IMG/VR virus record: IMGVR_UViG_3300008117_007749
From: a virus
Length of the DNA: 64,000 nucleotides
Direction: 5' to 3' (one strand)
Part shown: piece by piece, positions 1 to 10,346 of the stretch
Position numbering within the stretch: position 1 is the first letter of the stretch
Layout of the letters: every line of letters begins with the position of its first letter
Made by a program: the position numbers and the translations under genes
Notes under the pieces: generated by a model
Told to the model about the DNA's origin: nothing
Databases searched by the model: none
Seen by the model: the letters and a program-made list of their open reading frames with translations, nothing else

Positions 1-108
1 AATAAATGGAATCTCCCCATCAGCAATTTTTTTACCAGTTTCTAACTCACTTAAATGTTTTTTTAAGTAGTCTTCTTCTGACATTTCTTGTTTTTTATTA
101 TCTGACAT
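1..108 (-). CDS. Hypothetical protein, 5' part only (MSDNKKQEMSEEDYLKKHL...), runs off the window start
   Basis: ATG at 108 with an open frame to position 1, translated by hand; A/T-rich leader. Confidence 0.7.
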   Translation of the reverse strand, partial: MSDNKKQEMSEEDYLKKHLSELETGKKIADGEIPFI

Positions 109-192
109 ATTATTAAATATTTTTTTTTATATATTCGAGAGTTTATCTCCTCTATTATAATTAATAATTTCAAATAAGTTTATATTATAAAT

Positions 193-223
193 AAAAAAAC
201 CTCCAATTATAATTGGAGGTTTT
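193..223 (-). terminator. Intrinsic terminator downstream of the tail sheath gene
   Basis: Hairpin AAAACCTCCAAT-tata-ATTGGAGGTTTT with flanking A/T tracts. Confidence 0.75.
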
Positions 224-245
224 AGATTGTTTAATTATTCTTATC

Positions 246-3200
246 TTAAGAGTTGATGAAACCACCAGCACTGATAGCACCTGTTCTAAGAATCGTAATG
301 TTATTAACAATAACACCCATTCCTTTGATTGGTTCAACATAAGTATCAAGAACACCGATTTGATTATCAATGATTTCTGGAGTGTTATTTTCATCATCCA
401 TTTTATTGAAATAGTTATATAAACCATTTTTACCAACATATGTTTCACAAATAACGTCAGCTCTTAACTTAATTTCAGCTCTGATATCTGGTGTATTAAA
501 TTTCCACTGGAAGTCCAATAACATTCTCGATAACTCTCTCTCAAGTTCAATCAATACCTCTCTTACGTGAATGTAAGAAAGAGCTGACTTATAAAGAGTC
601 TGAGCCGTATTTTCAGTCTCAATTACAAAACCTCTATTTCTTTTGAATACCAAAGGATTCATTTGAGCTATGTTAAGGTTTTCAATATCACTTGGAGTTA
701 AATCTTGTTCCAAACTATTGATGTTTGTAATTCTACCATTAGTAACACCCGCAGCTATCGTCCAAGGAGTAACATTTCCTACATTAGAGATATGTTTTCT
801 CATATATGTAGTTGCTACGAATGGAGCTGGTGGATGATCTAAAGGTCTTCCATTATCATTTATATTTACATAAGGGAAGAAGTATCCTACACAAGTTGTT
901 CCTCCTCCTTCACCAAATGAGTAAAGGAATGCTGGATTACTCTCAGGATCACCTCCTGAAGCAATAAACGCAGTTTGTAAAACTCCTTCATTATTAACAA
1001 AAGAAGGCGAAGATGAATTTTTGAAAGATCTAGCAGACGGCATGTTAATGAAACCGAATGAGTCTAATCTATCTCCACAAATATCCATCAATTGTTGCTT
1101 ACTTCTTTCAGTAAGACCCAATCCAAATGAGTCAATTAAATATCTAAAGTCAATTGCTTCTTTATTAGTTGTTGCTTTAAATAAAGGTGTTCCTTTAGCA
1201 ACTAAGTTTAAGATAGCATTTTGCTTAGATTCTGTACCATCAGGAAGTGAAGCATTTCTGATTCTAAATCCTTTAAGAGAGATTGCCTTATATGTAGTAG
1301 CATATTGATCGATTGTTACAAATCTTGTAGTTTGTAAGTCACCACCAAAGTTTCTTATAGCAATTCTTGAGTCACAAGTAACCTCAACAAGTGATGGATC
1401 TCCACTATATTGTCTTTTAGAAAGAACTCTAGTTATTTTTCTTGGATATTCACCAACTTGTAAAAGTGATGTATCATAGAAAGCCTCTAAGAAATCACCA
1501 ACTTTAATTTCTGTATATCTAGCACCATCAATTAAAATCTTATTAGGTGTTTGAACATAACCAGATGGAACCTCAAGTTCAATAGTCTGAGTAAAGTTTG
1601 ACTTATCAGATTGAACATAGAAAGTATTATTTGCTTCAGGATCAACATCAATATCACTATCAAGTAAAGAGTCTTTAAACTCAACCGAAAGTACTCCATT
1701 TCCATCTAAGAACATTCTTAAATAATGTCTTCCTAAATAGTCATAAATAAGACTAACATCAAATAGTTCTTCATATTCAACTTCTTCATTAACTTGATAA
1801 GCGAAGAAGTTAGAAGCTGTATAACCAAGAGCCGCTGCTAACTGAGCTGGAGTTTGACCAGCATTTACAGAGTTTGATACTATTGTAAATGATCCTTTAT
1901 TTTTAGAAGCTGAAGGGAACATTAGTTGTTCAAAAGTTGCTAAGTTAGTCTCAGTTTCAAAGCTAGGAGCATTGAAGATAATATAATCATAACCAGCGTA
2001 TGAAGACGTAGGTGATCCAAGAGGAGCAGATTCTCCATCCACAAATACCACATCAACTGTTCCACCTGTAGAAGCATACGCGTTAGCAAATCCACCATCC
2101 ATAGCCGAAGCATCAAGATATAGTCTGTTAGCGTAGAAGAAGTCTTTTGTATTGATTTGACCATCAAAATATCTTTGATAGAATTTAGAGTATTTTGCAA
2201 CAACTCCCAATTCATTTAAGCTTGTTCCAGCAACTTCATCCTTAGTGATTACGCCATCAAATCCAAGTAAGAATTCGTTATCTTCAGTATAAAGAATAAA
2301 CATACCACCTAATACATTAGAAAGTTCGGCTTGTGAAAGACCAGTTGTTAAAATAAACGACTTATTTTGAGTTGTTGAATTAACAATATTTGAAATAGTC
2401 ACATTCGACATACTATATTTCACATCAGTATCAGTTGGTCCAAGTAAAAGAGTCATTTTATCTTTTCCTGGGCTATCAATAATATTTGTTAATCTGTTAA
2501 ATAGTTTAAATCTTCTGTATTGATCGTAGTTAGATGGACTAGCGATTGCCGCTGTATCATTAAATGTAATTTTAATTTTACCAGTAGTTGGGTCTTCTAA
2601 TGAGATATAATAGTCGTCACCAGATTGAGTACCAAATTGATAATCAATAAATCCTTGTGTTCCAACATTAACATTTATAAAGTTAGATACAAGTGAACCT
2701 AAATTGACAAATTGATTAGCATTTACATCAACATCAATATATCCTAATACGATATCTGTTGTAGCGACACTTGGATTAACACCTTCTGTCAAGCTATTAA
2801 TAACTGAGATTTCACCAGTATTATCAATAACAAATACTGAACGGTATGTCGCAGTAGTTGTAGAGTAAGGATAATCAGAAGCACTTATATTAAGTGTAAC
2901 TGAACCAGATGATGTTCCTTGAACAGGAATATAAGTCTCTCCAATAACAACATAAGAATCAGATATCAAATCATAATCAACACTAATAGATTGAGTTGAA
3001 GATGTGATAGGAGAAGTCGGTCTTGTAACACCATACACCGAATATTCAGCAAACCAAGCAGTTCTCTCATCAGCATTTACCACAACACCCGAAGGCTTAA
3101 CACCACCAGAAACGTTTCCACCAAATGCATGAGGATCTTGATTAATATATCCATATCCGGACCAAGTACCACCCAACATAGCAGTTACGTTACCAGGTAA

Positions 3201-4226
3201 GTCTAATGGAGTATTAGTAATCATCACAGATTCAGTGATGGTTTCTTTATAAGAAAGGAAATTAACATCCATATCTTCAGCTCCAACTAAAGTATTACCT
3301 AATAAGTCAAGTAATCCTGTGTAATAGTCTTTTTCAACTAAATCATTGTTAAATGCACAGAACACACCAGTTCTATCAGTATCTCTGTTAATTGTAGTTT
3401 CAATAAATATATTTCTTCCGTTTAAATCTCTAAAATATGGTATTAATGACAATCCTTCATAATAAGCAAGTGTAGTGATATTTCTATCATTGGCGAAGTT
3501 TCTAACTTCACTCTTTCTCAAACCAGAAGCATTAAAGTAAGCACTCCATCTGTTATCAACAGCAAGTTCTTGATAATTTGACCAATCACCAGCTACAATA
3601 ACAACATCCACTAAGTAATCAGACGCATAATCATTAGGATTGACATAAGCTGGCATTCTTTCAATTGATCCGTACCACTCTAACATAGTTCTATCAAAAC
3701 CAGTTAATGTAGATTTGAAAGTAAATATAGTTACATATCTATCTGATAAGTTAGTTAGACTTAATGCTCTCTCTGAGTAACCTAAGTTATTTTTTGTAAG
3801 ATTAATAAATGACTCAGTGTCTCTTTTCCAGAAACCAGTAGTATCAAAAAATCTTCTATATGGACCTTCTCTTTCAATGTCGTTGTTATATCCAGAAGAA
3901 GATGATAATGATTGATATTCAATCACATCTAAAGTATCGTCTGTTAATAACAAGTTCATTGCAAAAACAGGAGCTGTTTCAAGCATTTTTGCAACTGTTC
4001 TGTGAAAGAATGATCCTTTTCTCTCAAGAGATCTATCTAATTGACCAAAAATAGACTCAAAATCACCAGTAGTAGTGACTCTGATTGGAGTATTAACTGG
4101 TCCTTTTTTAGAAACCCCAATAATTAAATTTGTGATTCCTTCTACCACAGGACTAGTTATGACTGATTTGTCAAATTCCTCGATGAAGATTCCTGGTCTC
4201 TTGTATTTTCCAATTTGAATTGCCAT
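246..4226 (-). CDS. Contractile tail sheath protein (T4 gp18-like), enlarged to 1326 aa
   Basis: N-terminal RPGIFIEEFDKS and GVSKKGPVNTP; C-terminal PWTIAAGVTNGRI, SALSYIHVREVLIELE, FQWKFN, DDENNTPEIIDNQ and YVEPIKG match the sheath family. Confidence 0.92.
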   Translation of the reverse strand: MAIQIGKYKRPGIFIEEFDKSVITSPVVEGITNLIIGVSKKGPVNTPIRVTTTGDFESIFGQLDRSLERKGSFFHRTVAKMLETAPVFAMNLLLTDDTLDVIEYQSLSSSSGYNNDIEREGPYRRFFDTTGFWKRDTESFINLTKNNLGYSERALSLTNLSDRYVTIFTFKSTLTGFDRTMLEWYGSIERMPAYVNPNDYASDYLVDVVIVAGDWSNYQELAVDNRWSAYFNASGLRKSEVRNFANDRNITTLAYYEGLSLIPYFRDLNGRNIFIETTINRDTDRTGVFCAFNNDLVEKDYYTGLLDLLGNTLVGAEDMDVNFLSYKETITESVMITNTPLDLPGNVTAMLGGTWSGYGYINQDPHAFGGNVSGGVKPSGVVVNADERTAWFAEYSVYGVTRPTSPITSSTQSISVDYDLISDSYVVIGETYIPVQGTSSGSVTLNISASDYPYSTTTATYRSVFVIDNTGEISVINSLTEGVNPSVATTDIVLGYIDVDVNANQFVNLGSLVSNFINVNVGTQGFIDYQFGTQSGDDYYISLEDPTTGKIKITFNDTAAIASPSNYDQYRRFKLFNRLTNIIDSPGKDKMTLLLGPTDTDVKYSMSNVTISNIVNSTTQNKSFILTTGLSQAELSNVLGGMFILYTEDNEFLLGFDGVITKDEVAGTSLNELGVVAKYSKFYQRYFDGQINTKDFFYANRLYLDASAMDGGFANAYASTGGTVDVVFVDGESAPLGSPTSSYAGYDYIIFNAPSFETETNLATFEQLMFPSASKNKGSFTIVSNSVNAGQTPAQLAAALGYTASNFFAYQVNEEVEYEELFDVSLIYDYLGRHYLRMFLDGNGVLSVEFKDSLLDSDIDVDPEANNTFYVQSDKSNFTQTIELEVPSGYVQTPNKILIDGARYTEIKVGDFLEAFYDTSLLQVGEYPRKITRVLSKRQYSGDPSLVEVTCDSRIAIRNFGGDLQTTRFVTIDQYATTYKAISLKGFRIRNASLPDGTESKQNAILNLVAKGTPLFKATTNKEAIDFRYLIDSFGLGLTERSKQQLMDICGDRLDSFGFINMPSARSFKNSSSPSFVNNEGVLQTAFIASGGDPESNPAFLYSFGEGGGTTCVGYFFPYVNINDNGRPLDHPPAPFVATTYMRKHISNVGNVTPWTIAAGVTNGRITNINSLEQDLTPSDIENLNIAQMNPLVFKRNRGFVIETENTAQTLYKSALSYIHVREVLIELERELSRMLLDFQWKFNTPDIRAEIKLRADVICETYVGKNGLYNYFNKMDDENNTPEIIDNQIGVLDTYVEPIKGMGVIVNNITILRTGAISAGGFINS

Positions 4227-4289
4227 ATTGTTATTTTAATTTTTTATAATTTTTATAGTATATATAAAGTTGAAAAAATGATATTTTTT

Positions 4290-4823
4290 CTATTTTTGGT
4301 CTTCTTGTTTAATATTCTGTGTATTTTTAGTAATTTCTTTCTTTAAATCTTCCATTTTTTTAGTATGTTTAGTTTTAAAGTCTTGTAACTCTTTCATCTT
4401 ATTGGCTATTTTAGCATCGTAACTACCCATTCTCGACTTAATATCATTCAATTTAAATGATATACGTTGTTTAATATCAGACCCCTGCGCTAAAGACATT
4501 TCACTATTAAAATCATCTAATTTAATTTTATCATCTGTTTTATTTTTTTGAATATCAAATATTTCTTTTTGAAGTCTTAATAATTTTGTAAGTTCCGATA
4601 AAAACGGATTTTTATCCTTTTCTTCACCTAATATCTTTTTTAAACCTTCTTCAATTTCTAAATTATTAGAAGTGCTACTATAGAGAGATTCAATTTTAGA
4701 CTTTTTTTGATTATATTCTAATAAATTTTGTGACACATCATTTGTCTGTTCCTTTGCAAGTTTAACATCAGGTTTATCAGTGTCTTTAATTTCAATATCT
4801 TCAAAGTATTTTAAGTATTTCAT
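4290..4823 (-). CDS. Coiled-coil hypothetical protein with N-terminal MKYLKYFE motif
   Basis: 177 aa ORF; shared N-terminal motif (see findings). Confidence 0.75.
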   Translation of the reverse strand: MKYLKYFEDIEIKDTDKPDVKLAKEQTNDVSQNLLEYNQKKSKIESLYSSTSNNLEIEEGLKKILGEEKDKNPFLSELTKLLRLQKEIFDIQKNKTDDKIKLDDFNSEMSLAQGSDIKQRISFKLNDIKSRMGSYDAKIANKMKELQDFKTKHTKKMEDLKKEITKNTQNIKQEDQK

Positions 4824-7696
4824 TTTGATTTTGAAATATTTTCATCAGATTTTAGACTTTCTAAAATATTTTTAAAACCAGAGGTTTGGTCAATGGCAAC
4901 TCTCAATTTAGCCATATCCGTATTTTTGTAAAGAGTATATGTTTCTTTATCTTTCTCTCCACTCTGTTTAGATAAAAAGTGAATATCTTTAACTGAAATT
5001 GTTTTTCCTTTTTCATCATTTTTTCCCTTTGAATCAATAGCGTTAATTTCAAATTTTTCTTTTCTTTTAAGTATAAAATCTATTAAATCTTGTTTTTTAA
5101 TTTTTGTCCCAAATATTCCAAAGGATTCTTTTTCTAATTTGACCTGGGCTCCATTTTTAATGGAATCTTCTCTACTCACAGTAGGTGATCCTCCCTTAAT
5201 TTGAGACTTTAAATAAGCATTGTGATAGTAAAAAGTTCTTGAATAAGTCAGATAATAGAAATCTTTTTGAAAATCTTGAATATTAAAATAAAATCTAACA
5301 TCTTCTCCCTTTTCGTTGGTTGCCTTTATCTGAAAAGACATTCCATCAAATTTACCAGAATTCAATTCATCTTTGACTTCCTCTCTTCTAACAAAAACAT
5401 ACTTCAATTCTTCAATAGCATCAGCAATAGGACCAATATCTTCAGTATCTGGATTTCCAGTTCTTGGATCTTTATCACTAACACTCTCATCTTTGATATC
5501 AACGTCATCAGTCACTTCACCAAAATATTTGTTAAGGTATTTCTTTTGAGTTCCCGCAGTACTACCGGAATCACTAGATTTATATAATTCTTCACCATCT
5601 AATAAGTCTAAAATCATCTGTCTAAGAATAGCACCAGCGTTATCTTTAACTCTATCACCATTTCTTATTGATGTGCCTTTATCAAATACCTCTTCATATT
5701 CTTTGAAAACATCAAATACATAATTTTCCCACTTATTAAATAGTCTATTATTTCTATAAGGACCATCTCCTTTTCCCGACATTTCACCAGATGTGTTACC
5801 AAAGGCGGTCCATTGATTCATAGTAATGGCATTTAATTTACCATCTGTTCTTCCTGAAAAAGGTATAGCATTTTTAGTATGTATTTTATAAGCTCTATTA
5901 AATATTCTAAAGATTTCAATAATAGGTCCGATTCCTTGAATAACTATTCGACCTTCATTATCTTTTTTATACTCTTTAACTTTCTCTTCAACTTCATCTA
6001 CATCATCTTGTGAAATTGCCCAATATTTTAAGTCAAAGTTCTTATTGTAATATTCTCTAATTTGGTCAGATACAGACTTTTTAGTTTCACCTTCACCCTC
6101 ACCTTCTTCAGCTTCATTTATTTTACGAATAAATGAATCATATTTTAGAAGAACTTTTTCATTTTTCTTTACTTCTTCACCTTCTTCTTTCTTAGGCTCT
6201 ATTTTCTTAATTTGAGATTTTGTAAGAACTTTCATCGCCTCAACATATTCCTTAAGTGGTTTTCCTAAATCACCTAAACCACCGTAAAGATTTTCACCAT
6301 CAAATTGCATCGCTCTTTTAGTAAAGATTGCAATTTTTTGAGACACGTTTATAGTAGTTCCAGTATTATCTAAAACTTCTAGACTCTCTTTATACAGTGG
6401 ATCTTGAGCCGCATTTAATGTATTCTTTTTATCACCAACTAAAAATCGATTAACTTCAAAGAAAAGACTATAAATAACTCTTTTTGCACGAGCTGTAACT
6501 TTTTTATCTTTAACAACAGCTTGTGATGTAACCGCATTTAAGAAATCAGTTGTCACCGAAATGTCTTTATCTTTAGACTCTAAAAATTCACAAGACTTTT
6601 TAAGTTTAGCAAAGGCCTGAGTTAGAAAATCTTCACCGGTTTTGATATTGGCTCTTTCCTGACCACCACCAGCGCCTATTGGCGTTTTACTACCTTCTTT
6701 ATTACTACCACCTAAAGCATCTTCGAATAAGAACATAAAGTCCTCCATTACAAGTACTATTTCAGCTGGTAGCGTTTGAGTATTTTTGTCTTTTCCTGGC
6801 TCAAAAAACTCAGCGAATTTCTTTTTTTCACCTTTATGTGTTACAATTTGATTCTTTGCCAAGATATCTTTTTCTTTTAACTTGAATTTATTTGTTTGTA
6901 AATCTGTTGCTATTTTAGTCAATGTATCACCTTGTTTTGTAACATATGTATGTTTTTTCGAATCAGCTTGAGGTTTTGCATTTATTGTAACTTTTTTATA
7001 ATAAGCCAAAATAAGAGCAAGTGACTTTAATGATTTAATCATTGTTGTGTAAATAGGTTTTCCATCAGAACCGGTCTGACCATCAGCTGACTGAGAATCT
7101 TCTCCTTGACCATCACCTTCTCCTTCTTCACCCTCACTGAGTTCTTCTTCTCTTGATCTCCCACCTTCATCATCTTTGAATTGGTCAAGCCATTTTCTAA
7201 ATTCTTCTAATTTATCCAACAACTCTTCTTTTACATCTTGACTTTCTTCATCAACCTGAATTGCATCTATCTCGAAAATTGTTTCATCACAGATATTTTT
7301 AATATCACCAACTCTAAGACCATCTTCGACTGCTTGAGTCAAAGCTCTCAGAAGAGTTGCTATTTTCATTCTAGATATTCTAGAACCTGTTTCAGAATCT
7401 TCATTTGAAATTTCTTCAATAGATGTTTGCATTATATAATTGAAATGATTCTTCAATCTTCTACCTTGAATATCTATTCTAAGAGCGTTTGCATTTTCTT
7501 GAACTTTTCTTAATGTGGAGTTTATAAGTCTTCCCAATAAAGAGTCTCCCCAGTTAATCTCGTTACCTAATGGCCCAGTATTTGGACTACTTTCATAAAC
7601 TTTCTGCAAATTTTTATAAAAGAGTTCTTCTTGTTGTTTTTCTCTAATCTGAGACCTTTTTTGTAAGTAATTATCTTTGTGATTTAAATACTTCAT
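4820..7696 (-). CDS. Large acidic/Lys-rich probable virion protein with a LysM-like segment
   Basis: ORF track begins at a TTG at 7744; ATG 7696 (MKYLNHK), downstream of TAATATATA, is preferred; HTYVTKQGDTLTKIA resembles the LysM N-terminus. Confidence 0.65.
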   Translation of the reverse strand: MKYLNHKDNYLQKRSQIREKQQEELFYKNLQKVYESSPNTGPLGNEINWGDSLLGRLINSTLRKVQENANALRIDIQGRRLKNHFNYIMQTSIEEISNEDSETGSRISRMKIATLLRALTQAVEDGLRVGDIKNICDETIFEIDAIQVDEESQDVKEELLDKLEEFRKWLDQFKDDEGGRSREEELSEGEEGEGDGQGEDSQSADGQTGSDGKPIYTTMIKSLKSLALILAYYKKVTINAKPQADSKKHTYVTKQGDTLTKIATDLQTNKFKLKEKDILAKNQIVTHKGEKKKFAEFFEPGKDKNTQTLPAEIVLVMEDFMFLFEDALGGSNKEGSKTPIGAGGGQERANIKTGEDFLTQAFAKLKKSCEFLESKDKDISVTTDFLNAVTSQAVVKDKKVTARAKRVIYSLFFEVNRFLVGDKKNTLNAAQDPLYKESLEVLDNTGTTINVSQKIAIFTKRAMQFDGENLYGGLGDLGKPLKEYVEAMKVLTKSQIKKIEPKKEEGEEVKKNEKVLLKYDSFIRKINEAEEGEGEGETKKSVSDQIREYYNKNFDLKYWAISQDDVDEVEEKVKEYKKDNEGRIVIQGIGPIIEIFRIFNRAYKIHTKNAIPFSGRTDGKLNAITMNQWTAFGNTSGEMSGKGDGPYRNNRLFNKWENYVFDVFKEYEEVFDKGTSIRNGDRVKDNAGAILRQMILDLLDGEELYKSSDSGSTAGTQKKYLNKYFGEVTDDVDIKDESVSDKDPRTGNPDTEDIGPIADAIEELKYVFVRREEVKDELNSGKFDGMSFQIKATNEKGEDVRFYFNIQDFQKDFYYLTYSRTFYYHNAYLKSQIKGGSPTVSREDSIKNGAQVKLEKESFGIFGTKIKKQDLIDFILKRKEKFEINAIDSKGKNDEKGKTISVKDIHFLSKQSGEKDKETYTLYKNTDMAKLRVAIDQTSGFKNILESLKSDENISKSK

Positions 7697-7768
7697 GTTA
7701 AAGTAAAATATATTTTTTCTATATATTAAGATTAAATTGCTCAATTTTTACTTTATTTAATAAATAAA

Positions 7769-7799
7769 TTTGTCACTTCTAATTTTTTTATTATATTTG
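7769..7799 (+). promoter_or_regulatory. Bacteroidota-type primary sigma promoter (-33 TTTG, -7 TAnnTTTG)
   Basis: TTTG (7769-7772), 19-nt spacer, TATATTTG (7792-7799), upstream of the ORF at 7829. Confidence 0.7.
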
Positions 7800-7828
7800 T
7801 ATAAATAATCACTACAAAAAACAAAAAA

Positions 7829-8272
7829 ATGAAAAACATCATCTGCGTTGATTTAACTAAATACAATCAGTCACAATTGTCAAAAATATCAGACATTATC
7901 GGTATAGTAGATGGGTCTCTTCAATCTTCAAAAAAAGAAGGTGTTAAGAAAGTTTTTTTCGATAAAGAAAAAAACTTATTCATCGGTGAAATAATTAAAG
8001 AAACATCTAATTACCTATATTCTTACAAAGGTCTTATACTCACAACAGAATATTCTTATCTTTCAAAAAAAGAAAAAGAAAATCTTATCAAAATGTCAGG
8101 AACTAATTTTGATAGTAAAAACTCAGTTGTCAAAGTTCAAAACACTAAATCCGAATCAACGATTTCTGTAAAACTTGAGGTAGATGCTATTTTAGAAAAA
8201 ATATTCAATTTTGGAATTAATTCTTTGACAAAATCTGAAAAAGAGTTTTTGGACAAAGAGTCTCAGAAATAA
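7829..8272 (+). CDS. Hypothetical protein with C-terminal DUF6576-like motif
   Basis: VDAILEKIFNFGINSLTKSEKEFL resembles the DxILDKIxxxGxxSLTxxEKxFL helical module. Confidence 0.65.
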   Translation: MKNIICVDLTKYNQSQLSKISDIIGIVDGSLQSSKKEGVKKVFFDKEKNLFIGEIIKETSNYLYSYKGLILTTEYSYLSKKEKENLIKMSGTNFDSKNSVVKVQNTKSESTISVKLEVDAILEKIFNFGINSLTKSEKEFLDKESQK

Positions 8273-8275
8273 TGT

Positions 8276-8302
8276 AAAAAACCGACAAAATTTGTCGGTT
8301 TT
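8276..8302 (+). terminator. Intrinsic terminator
   Basis: AAAACCGACAAA-a-TTTGTCGGTTTT inverted repeat followed by a T tract. Confidence 0.75.
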
Positions 8303-8419
8303 ATTTTTTTAAAATTATTTTTTTTGAAATTTTATTAAATTTTTTAAAAAATCCGCCTTTTCAAATATTAATGAAAAAAAGTTCTAATATATAACCATGT
8401 AAATTGAACTTTTTTAAAG

Positions 8420-8701
8420 ATGGAAATTTTAGAACTTAAGTATAATGATAGAATTTATACTAACAAACGTGACATAATCAATACACTTAAATCAAATGAA
8501 TTTTATTGGTTAATTGACTCAGAGATTGCAGATGCTGTCATTGAGATAAAAAATAATACACTTATATGGCATGATGGTATATTTATGACTGGAGACTGGC
8601 ACTATGGAATATTCAAAAATGGTGAATTTTACGGTAACTGGGAAAACGGAATATGGGAAAGCGGTTTATTTAAAGGCAATTGGAAAAGCGGATTAAAATA
8701 A
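8420..8701 (+). CDS. Hypothetical protein with short (W/F)xxG repeats
   Basis: WHDGIFMTGDWHYGIFKNGEFYGNWENGIWESGLFKGNWKSG. Confidence 0.65.
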   Translation: MEILELKYNDRIYTNKRDIINTLKSNEFYWLIDSEIADAVIEIKNNTLIWHDGIFMTGDWHYGIFKNGEFYGNWENGIWESGLFKGNWKSGLK

Positions 8702-8718
8702 AAAATAATCACACTACT

Positions 8719-9171
8719 ATGAAAAAGAGAAAACTTTTAATTGATTCAGAAATATCTGAATCTATTTTTAAAGATGAAAAAACAAAAATAAATAAAATAG
8801 ACGGAGAGTGGTATTTTGAAATTGGAAGAGAAGTTACATCAGACTTAGCAGAAGCAGTAACTTTAATGATGAGACTTTATGATTCTAAAGATGAAATTTG
8901 GAATTTGGAAATTAAAACAAAGTCAGAATCTATTACACCAGAAAAATGTTTATTCTGGCTTACTGGTGGTAAAAATGAATGGTCGTCTTGTGAAAATTAC
9001 ATCATTAATTGGTCAAAGTGTCATTTAGATTTTCAGGAAGAATTTGGAATATTGATTATAAATATTGTAAAAAGGTCAAAAAATTTAGGTGATATTAGAA
9101 AACATTTTTTAAAATATTTGAACTTAGCCATTCTATACGATTTTGCATTAAGTAAAGGATTTATCAACTAA
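8719..9171 (+). CDS. Hypothetical protein
   Basis: ORF; ATG 8719 preferred to the overlapping TTG at 8680. Confidence 0.65.
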   Translation: MKKRKLLIDSEISESIFKDEKTKINKIDGEWYFEIGREVTSDLAEAVTLMMRLYDSKDEIWNLEIKTKSESITPEKCLFWLTGGKNEWSSCENYIINWSKCHLDFQEEFGILIINIVKRSKNLGDIRKHFLKYLNLAILYDFALSKGFIN

Positions 9172-9176
9172 CTTTT

Positions 9177-9201
9177 AAAACCCATCAATTTGATGGGTTT
9201 T
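9177..9201 (+). terminator. Intrinsic terminator
   Basis: AAAACCCATCAA-t-TTGATGGGTTTT. Confidence 0.75.
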
Positions 9202-9219
9202 GTTTTTTATATATAGTCT

Positions 9220-9477
9220 ATGGAAGAATTTGAAAAAATTTGTAAGAATCCCTGGTGTAAAGGATTGTTTAGATACAATGAAACTCATTTTATAAAAAAA
9301 GAAGACGGTACCTTAGAACATCCAAAAACTTGTCATAAATGTAATAGCTTTTCAAATGATTTAAGTGGTGGTGTTGAATGGAACGACAAAACTTATGAAG
9401 AAAGAGAAGACGAATGTTTTTATCCAGGATCTTCAATTTATTCATATAAATATAAAATTACTCAATATAGACAATGA
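9220..9477 (+). CDS. Small putative zinc-binding protein
   Basis: CKNPWC ... CHKC cysteine pairs. Confidence 0.6.
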   Translation: MEEFEKICKNPWCKGLFRYNETHFIKKEDGTLEHPKTCHKCNSFSNDLSGGVEWNDKTYEEREDECFYPGSSIYSYKYKITQYRQ

Positions 9478-10346
9478 CAGCTCATTTTTTTGATATCAAT
9501 TCAGTTATTCAATCACATGCTGAGGTTTGGATTGTTTCGAAATCCGAGCCTAATAAACCAATACTTAAAGTTTCTCAGTCAGATTTTAATTTGATTAAGA
9601 AAGGAATATTCAAAAAACACGAACAACAAATAAAAATAAATGGTCAAAGTTATTGGATAGACGAACAAACTATGAATAAATTAAAAATTAGATGTAAAAA
9701 TCTAAAAGTTAATATAAATAACCTTCACTTTTCAATGCAAGAATTTATGAATCCAGAATTAATCAGTAACATTAACTTTAAAATCTGGAATGAACACTTT
9801 ATTCATTTAAGAAACTCACAAGATGATATTTATATAATCTGCTCTAAAAACAACAAAAGAAACTATGAGTCACTAATTGACAAATTAGAGGAAGATATGA
9901 GAAATATCGGAATACAAATAAAAGACTATTATTTTATTTCAGAGACTTTTTATAATAGAGATCAGGACGATATATCTCATAAAAAATGTAGGCTTATATT
10001 ACAACACATCGTTGGATTGAAAACAGATATCGATAAATTTACAGAAGAAGAAATTACCAAATACGATAAAATAATATTTTATGATGACGAAATTGAGTCA
10101 ATTGATTTAATCAATAACTCAAATACTTTATTAAAATTTCTTTATGGTAATTCAGAAAAAAATGTTCAAAGTAATATCAAAGAAATTCTAAAATCTTATC
10201 CAGTAGTTGAGACAAATCTTGTTACATTCAATAAAGTAAATATATTTGTAAAAAAGGAAATAAAAATTGAATTAGATAAAATTTTTAAGACTTTTGAAAG
10301 TTTTAGTCTTTTTTACCAGAATCTTTATTTAACATCGCGGTCTTAA
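9474..10346 (+). CDS. Degenerate HAD-fold-like protein
   Basis: N-terminal HFFDINS (motif I lacking the second Asp) and IIFYDD (motif IV-like). Confidence 0.45.
   Translation: MTAHFFDINSVIQSHAEVWIVSKSEPNKPILKVSQSDFNLIKKGIFKKHEQQIKINGQSYWIDEQTMNKLKIRCKNLKVNINNLHFSMQEFMNPELISNINFKIWNEHFIHLRNSQDDIYIICSKNNKRNYESLIDKLEEDMRNIGIQIKDYYFISETFYNRDQDDISHKKCRLILQHIVGLKTDIDKFTEEEITKYDKIIFYDDEIESIDLINNSNTLLKFLYGNSEKNVQSNIKEILKSYPVVETNLVTFNKVNIFVKKEIKIELDKIFKTFESFSLFYQNLYLTSRS

Noticed and set aside
185-5587. Short ORFs overlapping the sheath and neighbouring genes, and similar short overlaps elsewhere in the track
   Set aside because: Antisense or out-of-frame to well-supported genes, with no recognisable motifs
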